64,000 bases of DNA from Candidatus Amesbacteria bacterium (GCA_963736875.1 CAVTQH010000002.1:5294-69293); one strand, 5' to 3'. Positions 30,269 through 39,742 are shown, counted from the first letter of the stretch. Notes: a model not told the origin generated them from the sequence alone. Numbers and translations: made by a program.

Positions 30269-31746
30269 TTCCACCCGCTGGTATAAACTACCGCCGTGTC
30301 ATCTTCGTAAACTTTTTTCCAGCCTTCCTTTTCCAGCTCATCTGTCAGCTTCTTTTGCTCACCACCCCCGACAAATCTCTTAAGCCATGGTATTTCTGAC
30401 AGGTCTATTATGGGTTTGGCAATTTTTCCGTCCCCTCTTGGCCACAACACCACCCCTATCCCGTATTTCTTAAACAATTCTTTAAACTCGCCCTCATCCT
30501 CAATCTTTATATAATCCTTAAATGCCCAATCACTCTCACCAACAGGTGCTTTCCACCTCCAGCTCGGCATCCGCCCGTCGACAAATACTTTTTCCCCGGA
30601 TAATTTCCATATCAGATACCCTCCCCACCCGTAGTTGGAAAAAAGTCTTCCCTCAAAATTATTCTGCCTCAAAAACTCAACTGCCTTTACCGGATAACTT
30701 ATCCCTTTTCCTGCCGCTGTCTGCCAAAACACCACCCCGGTCTCTTGAACAAATACCACTGCCGCCACCAGAGCCAGCACCAGATAAAACTGTTTGGCCC
30801 TTTTTAAAGCCAGTTTATCCCTTTTGATCTTCTCATATCCGATCCTAATATTTTCAGCGGCTATGGGTATTCCGACTATCATAAGAAGCGGAGCATTTCT
30901 CAGACTGGATAATGCCGCCGCAAACAGGATTGCCGCCACCGCCAGTCTCCATTTTTCCCTCCCCCACCCGTAGATCTTTATTAAAGCGAAAGCCAAAGCC
31001 ACCACCATCCAAAATCCCAGTTCTGCCCTGACATAAAAAGGCTGCCATTCGGCAATATTGCTCCTCAATCCGGTGTCTGAAATCTGCATCCATACCTCAT
31101 GCCATAATCCGATTCCATACGGATTTACCAAAGTCGCTAAAAGTCCCAAACCCCACACCATCATATCTGAAGTTTCAATTTTCCTTTGTTCCCAAAATTT
31201 CACTCCCAAAATTATTGCCAAGATTACCGGCCCCAGCATAAATCCTCCGTGCAAATTCGCCCAAACCGTAAATAAAATCGGTGTTATCCACCTCCATCTC
31301 TTCCATGTTTTTTCCTCCGTTACACGCATCAGTATGGCCACAAACAGCCAGTCCTCCACTTGCGGTCTTATTCCAAACCGCACCAGCAACACCCCCGTTC
31401 CCATTAATATCGGTGTCAATCCCCAACTCCAATTCGAAACCGGAATAATCACCATAATCGCCAGAATCGCCATTGCCGAAAATATCGCCGCCAGCCCTGC
31501 TATCCCAATTTCAGGGTACAATTTAGCAATAATCATATTCGTCAACCATTCGTGGTCCACAAACGGATAACTGGGCATGGTATAGGAAAAAGGGTCCGTC
31601 TTGGGAATTCCCCGGGTTATTAGAATTTCCCCCATCCGTAAATGCCACCCGAAATCCGGATCCAGTGTTTTCCATCCGATAAAAGTAAATATTGCCCACA
31701 ATATCAACATTCCCGATATAAATAACCACCGGCTTTTGTTTCTCAT
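30265..31746 (-). CDS. Multi-TM GT-C-like membrane protein (paralog A)
   Basis: DPDFGWHLRMGE, DPFSYT, HEWL, WANLHGGF, NPYG, EWQP, YGWGGYL, FVDGR. Confidence 0.75.
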   Translation of the reverse strand: MRNKSRWLFISGMLILWAIFTFIGWKTLDPDFGWHLRMGEILITRGIPKTDPFSYTMPSYPFVDHEWLTNMIIAKLYPEIGIAGLAAIFSAMAILAIMVIIPVSNWSWGLTPILMGTGVLLVRFGIRPQVEDWLFVAILMRVTEEKTWKRWRWITPILFTVWANLHGGFMLGPVILAIILGVKFWEQRKIETSDMMVWGLGLLATLVNPYGIGLWHEVWMQISDTGLRSNIAEWQPFYVRAELGFWMVVALAFALIKIYGWGREKWRLAVAAILFAAALSSLRNAPLLMIVGIPIAAENIRIGYEKIKRDKLALKRAKQFYLVLALVAAVVFVQETGVVFWQTAAGKGISYPVKAVEFLRQNNFEGRLFSNYGWGGYLIWKLSGEKVFVDGRMPSWRWKAPVGESDWAFKDYIKIEDEGEFKELFKKYGIGVVLWPRGDGKIAKPIIDLSEIPWLKRFVGGGEQKKLTDELEKEGWKKVYEDDTAVVYTSGWN

Positions 31747-33215
31747 ATCTTCTCCAAAATTACCGCCACATTATCCTCATACACTTTGGTCCATCCCCGG
31801 GCAAGCAGTTCCTCCGCCAGATCAAAACCTTCTTCCGGCCTTCCTCCCTGCCTTGACCATTTCAAAAGAAACTTGGTCTCCGAAAATCCCTTCCGGCTTT
31901 CTAATATTACAGTCCTGATTCCGTACTTATTCCAGATTTCCTCAGCCGGAATCTCTCCTTTTAATACCCCGAGGTAATCCTTAAAAACCCTGTTACTCTC
32001 CCCCGAAGGAGTGTCATCCGCCACCCAATAGTCCATTCTTCCGTCAATAAACCACTTTTCATCAGGCATTTTCCATTCCAGATACCCGCCCCAGCCGTAT
32101 TTATTAAAAGCTCTTCCCGGATAATCGTGAGTCTTTAAATATTCCACCGCTCCTACCGGAAAATTTCTCCTTTCATAAAAAACCGCCCGGGTCATTGTGA
32201 TTACCGCCTCCCCCGCAAAAATCACCCCGCTGACAATCAGCAACAATTTTTCAAATCCCCTCCACCTGTTCCCGGCTTCCTTGTTTTTCTTTATTCCGGC
32301 TTTTAATAAAATCCAGCTGTCGGCAGCAGCCAAAGCCAGCGCTATCGCTCCCAATGGCCCATGCCGTAAATTCCAAAGTGCCGCCAGCCATAATCCCGCT
32401 ATTACACTCATTCGCGCAAAATCCGCCTTTTTGCCCGCATACCACCCCACCGCAACCATCGCCACCAGTGCCCACAATCCCAGGTCCAGTCTGTCATAAA
32501 AAGGTCGCCCATTCGGCAATTGTCCCCCGGTTAATTCCCGTGCTGGCTGTTTGTCTGATTACCTCCGCCCAGGTACGTATCCCGTAAGGGTTAATAAAAG
32601 TCGCGATTATTCCCGACCCCCACCAGAACCAGTTTTTTATATCCGTTTTTCGTCTCCGTAATGGCCTTTATCCCCAGCCACACCCCGGCAATACCTATTC
32701 CCAAGCGGAAAACTGCCGTGTAAATTAACCCAAAAAAGCATTAATACCGGATACCATTTCCTCAGCTTTCTCCACCCGGCTTCATTCCATAGCCAACGCA
32801 CTAAAATCGCCAGCAAAAGCCATGATACTACCTGCACCCTCACCCCGAACCGGGACAGCATCACCGACCAGGTTAATAATGCCGCCGTCCAGCCAATTTT
32901 CCCTTCTTTTAAGGGTACCGCTATTAACACTGCTCCAACCGCTATCACGGCGTAGATTGCGGCCAGCCCCGTCATCCCCAACCAGGGAAACAGTTTGTAC
33001 CAAAGTACCTCTGTCCCCCACCCATAATCTACAAACGGATAACTGGGCATTGTGTAGGAAAACAGGTCCCTTGCAGGAATCCCCGTCTTGGCAATTACTT
33101 CTCCCATCCGCAAATGCCACCCGAAATCCGCGTCCAGAATCATGGCCCCGTTTGCCGCAAACACCAGCCACACTCCCGCCAAAACCACCCACCCCCGCTT
33201 CCCGATTTTACTCAT
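31743..33215 (-). CDS. Multi-TM GT-C-like membrane protein (paralog B), frameshifted
   Basis: ORFs 32637..33215 (DADFGWHLRMGE, WVNLHG) and 31743..32519 (YGWGGYL, FIDGRM) together match paralog A. Confidence 0.7.
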
Positions 33216-33268
33216 GACAACAATTTTACCAGCGAATATCTCCACCCGAATGCTAAAATTAGCTTTGA

Positions 33269-33343
33269 GCACCCATAGTTCAACGGATAGAATAAGGGCT
33301 TGCGGAGCCTTTGATGACCGTTCGATTCGGTCTGGGTGCGCCA
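33269..33343 (+). tRNA. tRNA-Arg(GCG)
   Basis: Acceptor GCACCCA/TGGGTGC; anticodon arm AGGGC-TT-GCG-GA-GCCTT; GTTCGATTC; CCA end. Confidence 0.9.
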
Positions 33344-33361
33344 TATTCCAACATAAATGAA

Positions 33362-33450
33362 GGTGGGGTGCAGGAGTGGCTTAACTGCCAGGTCTCGAAA
33401 ACCTTGGGTCCGTTTACACGGGCACGCGAGTTCGAATCTCGCCCCCACCG
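33362..33450 (+). tRNA. tRNA-Ser(CGA)
   Basis: GGTGGGG/CCCCACC acceptor; AGGT-CT-CGA-AA-ACCT; long variable arm; GTTCGAATC. Confidence 0.92.
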
Positions 33451-33459
33451 CACCAGAAA

Positions 33460-33478
33460 GCTCCCTTAGCTCAATGGA
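33460..33478 (+). repeat. 19-bp duplicate of the tRNA-Arg(CCG) 5' end
   Basis: GCTCCCTTAGCTCAATGGA at 33460 and 33526. Confidence 0.9.
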
Positions 33479-33525
33479 AGCGGCTTCGCCTAATCCATTT
33501 TGCTTTCGGTCGCTCATTTACATTC

Positions 33526-33597
33526 GCTCCCTTAGCTCAATGGATAGAGTAGCAGTTTCCGGAACTGCTGATGTGAGTCCGATTCTCACAGGGAGCG
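33526..33597 (+). tRNA. tRNA-Arg(CCG)
   Basis: GCTCCCT/AGGGAGC acceptor; GCAGT-TT-CCG-GA-ACTGC; T-loop reads TCCGATT, which is atypical. Confidence 0.88.
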
Positions 33598-33601
33598 CCG
33601 A

Positions 33602-34115
33602 TTAAATCTTATTCTCCAGAGGAAATTTCTCCTGTACCCACTTGGCTGTCTTATCCATCCAGGTAGCCTGCGGTTTCTCAAACAATAAGTACTTTTCCAT
33701 CACCTTTTCCACTTCATTATCTTTACTCCCCTCCACCGGCAGATAAAATCTCCCCATTACCCCTGTTTTTAACTCCAGTGCCAATAACTTGGTCCCCAGC
33801 TTTTCCTCCCACCACCACCTTGACAACTCCCACCACATATACAACCGGCCGAATGCTCTTATCACCCTTGTTAGTAATCGAATATTCCACCTGCTCCGGA
33901 GGGGTTCTGGTTATTGCATAATAGTAAAAAGCCCCGGCAATAATTACCAATAAAAGCATGAATTCACGGGCAAAAATCAACACCAGTCCGACTAAAATAC
34001 CCAATACCACCAATACCGACCGTGTTTGTTCCTCTGCCGGTTTATAAGGCCTGCTCTTGGCCTTCCAGGAAAGCAGCACTTTCTCCTGCTCCACCCGGGG
34101 TAGTTCATCTGCCAT
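33602..34115 (-). CDS. Conserved hypothetical membrane protein (DUF5673-like), frameshifted
   Basis: ORFs 33723..34115 (LLSWKAKSRPYK, PPEQVEYSITNKG) and 33602..33865 (I...GRLY.WWEL) join across one indel. Confidence 0.65.
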
Positions 34116-34179
34116 GTTTTAAATATAGCACAAATACTCCGCTCTCTTAAATGTTATAATTTTGAAGCTAAATCCATCA

Positions 34180-34270
34180 GGAAGGGTCGCATAGTGGCCT
34201 AGTGCGGAGGTCTTGAAAACCTCTACCCGATGCTCACGTCGGGTCGCGAGTTCGAATCTCGCCCCTTCCG
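34180..34270 (+). tRNA. tRNA-Ser(TGA)
   Basis: GGAAGGG/CCCTTCC acceptor; GAGGT-CT-TGA-AA-ACCTC; TGTTATAAT extended -10 upstream. Confidence 0.95.
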
Positions 34271-34391
34271 CACCAACTTTCAGTTGCGAAGAAAGAGACC
34301 GGATAACAAAGTATTGCTAGCCAACGCACACCATCCCGCCCCTTTCACACACAACCCCACAGGTCAACTTCTTTCTTTCTGGTATCAACAG

Positions 34392-34479
34392 CGGAGGAGG
34401 TGGGATTCGAACCCACGTGAGCCTTGCAGCTCAGGAGTTTAGCAAACTCCCCGAATGGACCAGACTATCGGACTCCTCC
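34392..34479 (-). tRNA. tRNA-Ser(GCT)
   Basis: GGAGGAG/CTCCTCC acceptor; GGAGT-TT-GCT-AA-ACTCC; GGTTCGAATCC. Confidence 0.93.
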
Positions 34480-35466
34480 CTGACCTCTCAAAAGTCTGGG
34501 GTTGTGGGTACCAATAACTCGAAGGTACCTCTCTACCTCACTCTGATTATACAACCATACCTGCTTATTCTTCGTGTTTGAAATCACTTTCGGAGTCATA
34601 TCTAGATTCTCCAGAACCCTAGTCACAAATTCCAGTAGTGGAACCGACCTATTACTAAAACAAATCTTTAAATATCTGTATTCCTTATTGTTAACCTTGT
34701 ATTTGTGCACAAAAACTCCCCCATCAGTATCCATTAACCCCCTCACACAAGCCATTTTATATTCATGTCTTTCTTCAATCCAACTCGGAACTCCAACCTG
34801 CTGTTTGACTTTATTTCCCACTTTTAAGCCCAGTTCAACCAAATATTCAACCAGCTTCTTACCGCTACAAAAAATGACATTGGCCTTACAGTCTTTCCTT
34901 TTAGAAAACGGGGGTACAAAATTAAAAAGCCTACTTATCAACCCCACAACAAAACCCAAATACTCCTTATCGGCCTCACTATTCAAAGTTATACATACCT
35001 GACTCTGTGTAATCCCACCATCGCCCAATAAAATCCCCACAAACTCAGCCAATTCTGCACTTCTAACCCTCAAAAAGTTAAACTCCCTAGCCCGAGGGAT
35101 TATCCCTCTCTCGCGCAGAATCGCCAAAGTCTTCGCTCCACCCGCCCTTCTCCCTTCTAAAGTAGCAAAACTCCCATGCTTTCTATAGCAAGCCCATCCC
35201 CCCAACTTCCCCTTAAAACTCTTGTCCTCCATCCACCTCCTCCTTAAAACCCCAAGCTCTTCAGGTAACACTACCCCAAATCTCTCACTCAAAAGCACCG
35301 CCGCACCCAAACTCATATTCAACTGACCCCTTCTCCAGTCTCGATAACTCCTCCCTACAACGCCGGCCATCGCTGCCAACTCTTCACACTTCAGTCCACT
35401 TTTTAGCTCAATGTCTAACAAAAACTTCCTCTGTTTCCCCTCTCCAAACTTCACTCTTGCTTGCAT
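34465..35466 (-). CDS. Free-standing LAGLIDADG (DOD-type) endonuclease-like protein with an N-terminal HTH
   Basis: LAEFVGILLGDGG and CVRGLMDTDGG motifs; N-terminal ELAAMAGVVGRSYRDW HTH; the stop codon lies inside tRNA-Ser(GCT). Confidence 0.85.
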   Translation of the reverse strand: MQARVKFGEGKQRKFLLDIELKSGLKCEELAAMAGVVGRSYRDWRRGQLNMSLGAAVLLSERFGVVLPEELGVLRRRWMEDKSFKGKLGGWACYRKHGSFATLEGRRAGGAKTLAILRERGIIPRAREFNFLRVRSAELAEFVGILLGDGGITQSQVCITLNSEADKEYLGFVVGLISRLFNFVPPFSKRKDCKANVIFCSGKKLVEYLVELGLKVGNKVKQQVGVPSWIEERHEYKMACVRGLMDTDGGVFVHKYKVNNKEYRYLKICFSNRSVPLLEFVTRVLENLDMTPKVISNTKNKQVWLYNQSEVERYLRVIGTHNPRLLRGQGGVR

Positions 35467-35514
35467 ACCTATTCCATACCCATCCTAACAAAACCCGAAC
35501 ATTAAATCAACTGT

Positions 35515-36198
35515 TCACCGCGCCAGTACCAATCCCCAGACAGATTTTACCCCGCCCTTTTTCAATACCCTGGCACACTCGTTCATTGTCGCTCCGGTAG
35601 TCCACACGTCATCCACCAGTAAAACAGTCTTTGGTAATTGATTTTTAGTCTTTAGTTTGAAAGCATCCTTCATTGCATCCAATCTTTGTGCCCTGTCTCT
35701 TCCCACCTGTCTTCCTGTATCTCTGACTCTTAATAGTAAATTTTTCATCTCCAGCGACCAGTGACTGGCGACCAATCGGCCGATTACTTCTGCCTGATTA
35801 AATCCCCTTTCTTTTTCCCTTTTCGGATACAGGGGTACCGGTACAACTACCGGTTTTCTTTCCACAAAACCATTCAGACCGGCATATTCCGGTATTTCAC
35901 TCACCCGATCATTTACATCCCTTAAAAGCTCTCCCAGGTAATCGTAATAAAACCGGTGTTTCGCCTGCTTGATAAGTTTTCTGGCTATCCCCTCGTATGC
36001 CCAAAAACAGGTCAATCCTTCCATCCCGTACGGCTCCCGGCAATATTTATGTCTCAGCCCATACCTGCTGCCCCGCCGGCACTGGGGACAAATCTGCTCT
36101 TCTTCCCACAATCCCACCTCACATTTCTCACACACATAGCCTCCGATTTTCCCGCATCCCACGCATTTTTTTGGATATAAAACATCCAATAAGTTCAT
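35515..36198 (-). CDS. comF: ComF family competence protein (zinc ribbon plus PRTase)
   Basis: CxxC pairs, VPVPL, RGFNQAE, LLVDDVWTTGAT. Confidence 0.92.
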   Translation of the reverse strand: MNLLDVLYPKKCVGCGKIGGYVCEKCEVGLWEEEQICPQCRRGSRYGLRHKYCREPYGMEGLTCFWAYEGIARKLIKQAKHRFYYDYLGELLRDVNDRVSEIPEYAGLNGFVERKPVVVPVPLYPKREKERGFNQAEVIGRLVASHWSLEMKNLLLRVRDTGRQVGRDRAQRLDAMKDAFKLKTKNQLPKTVLLVDDVWTTGATMNECARVLKKGGVKSVWGLVLAR

Positions 36199-36264
36199 GT
36201 GTCAACTTTACTCCCTCCAAACCTTCTGCTCCAGGCTGGATTATGATATAATACAGGCTATATT

Positions 36265-36650
36265 GGGGATGACGGGTATCGCCAGATAAGCACCTTGAAA
36301 TTTCGGCAAGCCGAGCTTGAATCACGCTCGTAAAACAGATTCAAACCAAAGTGCTGATTTAAAAGCACAAGTGAAAGGTTTTTTAGCTAGTCTAAATCCT
36401 TTTACCCAGACTCGCCCCGCGTACGTTTTTAACGCTTAAGCTGGGGTGATCCGGCACCTTAAATTTGCGTCCTTAATCGCAGTTTAAAGTGAAAACCTAA
36501 TTAAGGTGCTCTCCAAAAGATTATGGTTAGTCTCATTGGGGAAAAGATAATTAACCGCCAGCCGTTAGGAGCTTTATCCTAAACAAGCTTGTAACAAACC
36601 GAAATCCGAGACTTATTTGCACGAGGGTTCAACTCCCTCCATCTCCACCA
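36265..36650 (+). ncRNA. ssrA: tmRNA
   Basis: 5' GGGGATG pairs with 3' CATCTCC-ACCA (G3-U70); GGGTTCAACTCCC T-arm; internal tag ORF 36353-36439; TATAAT upstream; close to smpB. Confidence 0.92.
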
Positions 36651-36746
36651 AACGCTCTTTTTGACCTTCTGAGCTTCTGATTAGATTGATAACATGAGCT
36701 AAATTTGTTGACTTTTCGCAATTAAATGGAATAATAAAAACAGATT

Positions 36747-37199
36747 ATGAACGAACAAGACCAAATTGTAGAAAGAAAAAGCAATCTCCCAACCCCAGAA
36801 CGATTTCAAATGGCTGGCAAACTCTCAGATTTAATGGCAAAGACAACTGATTTAGATGAGCCAGAGCACCAAGAAGCTATGGAATTAGGCCTGTCCTTAG
36901 GAACTACAGTAGATGATATGTCGAAAGCAAGAAGAGAACTTTCATCCCTAGCAATCCAGGCAATATCTAAGCCCGAATTATTAGGACAAGTAAGTGTATC
37001 CATGCCTCCCATAAACGACCGGGAGGTTTCAAAAAGACTTACCCAAGTTGCCTCATTGCCAGTCGACTTAAATCTCGCACAAGCCAAAGAACTTTATACA
37101 TACGGCTTTACATTGGGAGTCAGTTCTGATGAACTAAGTAAAATAAGAGGAGAGTTGTCCTCTGGGTCAAGAAAAGCAATAAAAGGAACCGGGATATAA
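36747..37199 (+). CDS. Hypothetical protein with an internal duplication, single-gene cassette at the tmRNA 3' end
   Basis: ELGLSLGTTVDDMSKARRELSS resembles TYGFTLGVSSDELSKIRGELSS; TTGACT-17 nt-AATAAT promoter upstream; A-rich composition. Confidence 0.7.
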   Translation: MNEQDQIVERKSNLPTPERFQMAGKLSDLMAKTTDLDEPEHQEAMELGLSLGTTVDDMSKARRELSSLAIQAISKPELLGQVSVSMPPINDREVSKRLTQVASLPVDLNLAQAKELYTYGFTLGVSSDELSKIRGELSSGSRKAIKGTGI

Positions 37200-37329
37200 C
37201 AACAATTTAAGGTTCAGAGTCTCCCATGTGGTCTGTTTGTTTGACCTAGTTGGAAGTTTAGATTCAAATCCCGCCTCTGAAACAGCTTAGCCAGCACCGG
37301 ATACCATCGCCATTTGTATTCCTCAATCT

Positions 37330-37357
37330 GGTTCCAATTATTCTTCACCATCTCCAC
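37330..37357 (+). repeat. tmRNA-3'-like att site
   Basis: GGTTC-N13-CCATCTCCAC versus tmRNA GGTTC-N8-CCATCTCCAC at 36626-36648. Confidence 0.75.
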
Positions 37358-37360
37358 TAA

Positions 37361-37798
37361 TTATTTCTCTTCCCTCTCCAGATCTCTCTTTTTTATCTTC
37401 TCCCTTTTCTCATACTTTCTTTTCCCCCGGGCCAGCGCCAGTTCAATCTTTACATAATTACTTTTGGTATACATCGCCGTCGGCACCAACATTCGCCCTG
37501 ATTGCTTCATTTTAGACTGTAAGGCAATTATTTCTTTTTGATGCAGTAAAAGTTTTCTGATTCTTTTCGGATCATAGTTTGTATTATCCGCGTGTTTGTA
37601 AGGATAAATATGCAAATTTATCACAAACATTTCATTCTGACCTTTAAACCTGGCACTCTGTGTCTTCACGTGGGCATTTTCCATATCCACCTGACCCAGC
37701 TTCGCCGACTTGACTTCCGCTCCGGTTAATTCAATCCCCGCTTCAATCCGCTCTCCCAGTTCATAATCAAACCTGGCTTTTTTGTTTATCACCTTCAT
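37361..37798 (-). CDS. smpB: SsrA-binding protein
   Basis: NKKARFDY, EAGIELTGAEVKS, RKLLLH, GKRKYEKRE. Start placed at MKVINKK, which overlaps the upstream stop (ATGA). Confidence 0.96.
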   Translation of the reverse strand: MKVINKKARFDYELGERIEAGIELTGAEVKSAKLGQVDMENAHVKTQSARFKGQNEMFVINLHIYPYKHADNTNYDPKRIRKLLLHQKEIIALQSKMKQSGRMLVPTAMYTKSNYVKIELALARGKRKYEKREKIKKRDLEREEK

Positions 37799-39690
37799 AT
37801 TTTTATTTTCCAGATTTTTCCTTCTCCCAATCCGTACATCCACCCCCCTTTCTCGTCCGCCGCCAGGTCTGCCATTTTTTCCAGACCGTCATTTACCCAT
37901 TGCTTCTCATACTTACCGTCTTTGCCAAGAATTACTATTCTCTTATTTTGCGGGTCCAGTATATACACTTTTTCACTCTCGTCGGTGGTAAAAACCACCG
38001 CTTTCTCCCCCCATGGCTTATCCATTCCCTCAATCGCCAAACCGTCATTTACCCCCCGGGTAAATTTAATAAGTTCTCCGGGTTTTACCATCCAGATGCT
38101 TCCGTCTATTGCCATACTCATAACCCCCTTTAATTTTTCTCCTCCTTCACCGTCAGCCAGCCAGGGTTGTCTTAAACCGTATCCTCCGGTTTTGGCTGCG
38201 TACCTCCATATTTGGCCCGATCCTTCGTCTAAAAGGTATATATTCCCGGCAAATACTTTCATATCGGCAATATTTCCCCAGCCCTCATCCGCTTCTACTT
38301 TAACTTTTGCATCCCCCACCTCGGATATCCCTTTTTCAGCCAAAACAAATATTTTATCCGGATATGTAGCGACAAGCACCGCCCCTTTCCATCCCTCTCC
38401 TCCGGCAATTACTTTCCCCGATCCCGACTTTTGATCCACCTCCACCAACCTCCCCCCCGTTTTATCCAACACCACCAGTTTCCCCTCTTCCAATGCTATC
38501 TTTTCCCCCTTCATCCCTTCCCGCACCAAACTTAAATCCACCAGTTCATTCAATTCCGCTGTTATTATCCCCGCCGCTTCCTGCCACACCTGATCCCATT
38601 CCGCGTTAATTCCCGCAATCCTGGAGTCTTTTACTCCCTCCGGTTTTAGCTGCCCCAGTCCGTTTTTAATTTCCCCCAGAAGCTGCCTGCTCCGGGAAGG
38701 ATTTAAGGCAATCATCGCTTTAGCCTCATTAAAATCAAATACCAGTTTCTCAATCTGAGTTTCCTGCAGGCTTTCCTTTTGCGTTTTCTGCCGCAGCCAC
38801 AACTGACCCATTCCCGCCATCAAAAGCAAGACCGCTAAAAAAAACACCCCCAAATACATCATTCTTTTCCGTTGCTCCTGTTTATCCCCGTGCCGGATAT
38901 AAATCCTTCCTCTTACTCCCTCCAGTTTTCTTTTCAGAAAAACCCATCTCGCCTCTTTCTTTTCCTCTATCCTGCTTTCTTCCGGCGCTTTTTCTTCCTC
39001 CGCCTCTTTTTCCTCTTCTTTTTCAGTTACAGACAATTTGTCATTAATTTTCTGAATTTTTACTATTACTCCCGCCTCTCCCCCTTTTCTTTCGCTTCCC
39101 CGCTGTACGGCAGCCAGCATATCGACAGCCGCCTCCATCTCCTCTCCCGCGGTAGCCACTGCCGCCCGTAAAAGCCCGTCCGGCACTCCTGAAAAAAAGC
39201 TTTTATTCCCCAATACCACCATTTCACTCTCTTCCCCTCTTCCGCTGAAAGCCGCTTCTTTCTCTCTTTCTTCCTCTGCTCTAACCAGCCACCCCTGCTT
39301 TTCTGCTTGATTCTCCCCTTCCGCAGGCCGGCTTACCCATACCCCCACTCCCCCGCCCGCCACGATGTAAACAAACTCTCCCGCCAAAACCACCCCTCCG
39401 ATTTCTACCCCCTCAAATTCTCTTCTTACGCTCCCTATGGCATTTTTTAACACTATAAAAGCCTCTCCCGTCTCCTCTCCGTAATACAGCTCATGCAGCC
39501 GGGCCAATACTTCCCGGCCCGCCTGTACCATCTCTACCTGTTCAGTTCCCTCGGAAGCTTCCATCCCCACCACCGCCACCAGCCGGCCTCTTTTAGAAAG
39601 TTTCTCTTCTCCCTCCGGGGTAAAATCATAGACCTGAGCCCAAGCATTTTGTCCCAATTTCCCCACTAGTTTTCCCGCCACGGCATCCAT
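37795..39690 (-). CDS. Conserved hypothetical protein: degenerate PP2C-like N-terminus, TM helix and beta-propeller-like C-terminus
   Basis: Central TM; NIYLLD...QIWRY, AIDGSIW, VYILDPQNKRIV repeats. Confidence 0.6.
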   Translation of the reverse strand: MDAVAGKLVGKLGQNAWAQVYDFTPEGEEKLSKRGRLVAVVGMEASEGTEQVEMVQAGREVLARLHELYYGEETGEAFIVLKNAIGSVRREFEGVEIGGVVLAGEFVYIVAGGGVGVWVSRPAEGENQAEKQGWLVRAEEEREKEAAFSGRGEESEMVVLGNKSFFSGVPDGLLRAAVATAGEEMEAAVDMLAAVQRGSERKGGEAGVIVKIQKINDKLSVTEKEEEKEAEEEKAPEESRIEEKKEARWVFLKRKLEGVRGRIYIRHGDKQEQRKRMMYLGVFFLAVLLLMAGMGQLWLRQKTQKESLQETQIEKLVFDFNEAKAMIALNPSRSRQLLGEIKNGLGQLKPEGVKDSRIAGINAEWDQVWQEAAGIITAELNELVDLSLVREGMKGEKIALEEGKLVVLDKTGGRLVEVDQKSGSGKVIAGGEGWKGAVLVATYPDKIFVLAEKGISEVGDAKVKVEADEGWGNIADMKVFAGNIYLLDEGSGQIWRYAAKTGGYGLRQPWLADGEGGEKLKGVMSMAIDGSIWMVKPGELIKFTRGVNDGLAIEGMDKPWGEKAVVFTTDESEKVYILDPQNKRIVILGKDGKYEKQWVNDGLEKMADLAADEKGGWMYGLGEGKIWKIKI

Positions 39691-39742
39691 ACCTCCTCAA
39701 GAATACCCCAAACATCCGCCCCTCACAATATGACCGCGGAAA

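Noticed and set aside
34465-35466. LAGLIDADG as intron- or intein-encoded
   Set aside because: The adjacent tRNA-Ser is uninterrupted, there is no group I core around the ORF, and there are no intein terminal motifs (N-terminal Cys/Ser, C-terminal His-Asn).
37255-37285. GATTCAAATCCCGCCTCTG as a tRNA fragment
   Set aside because: It has no acceptor or anticodon partner and lies inside the antisense tail frame of the better-supported tmRNA-like site.
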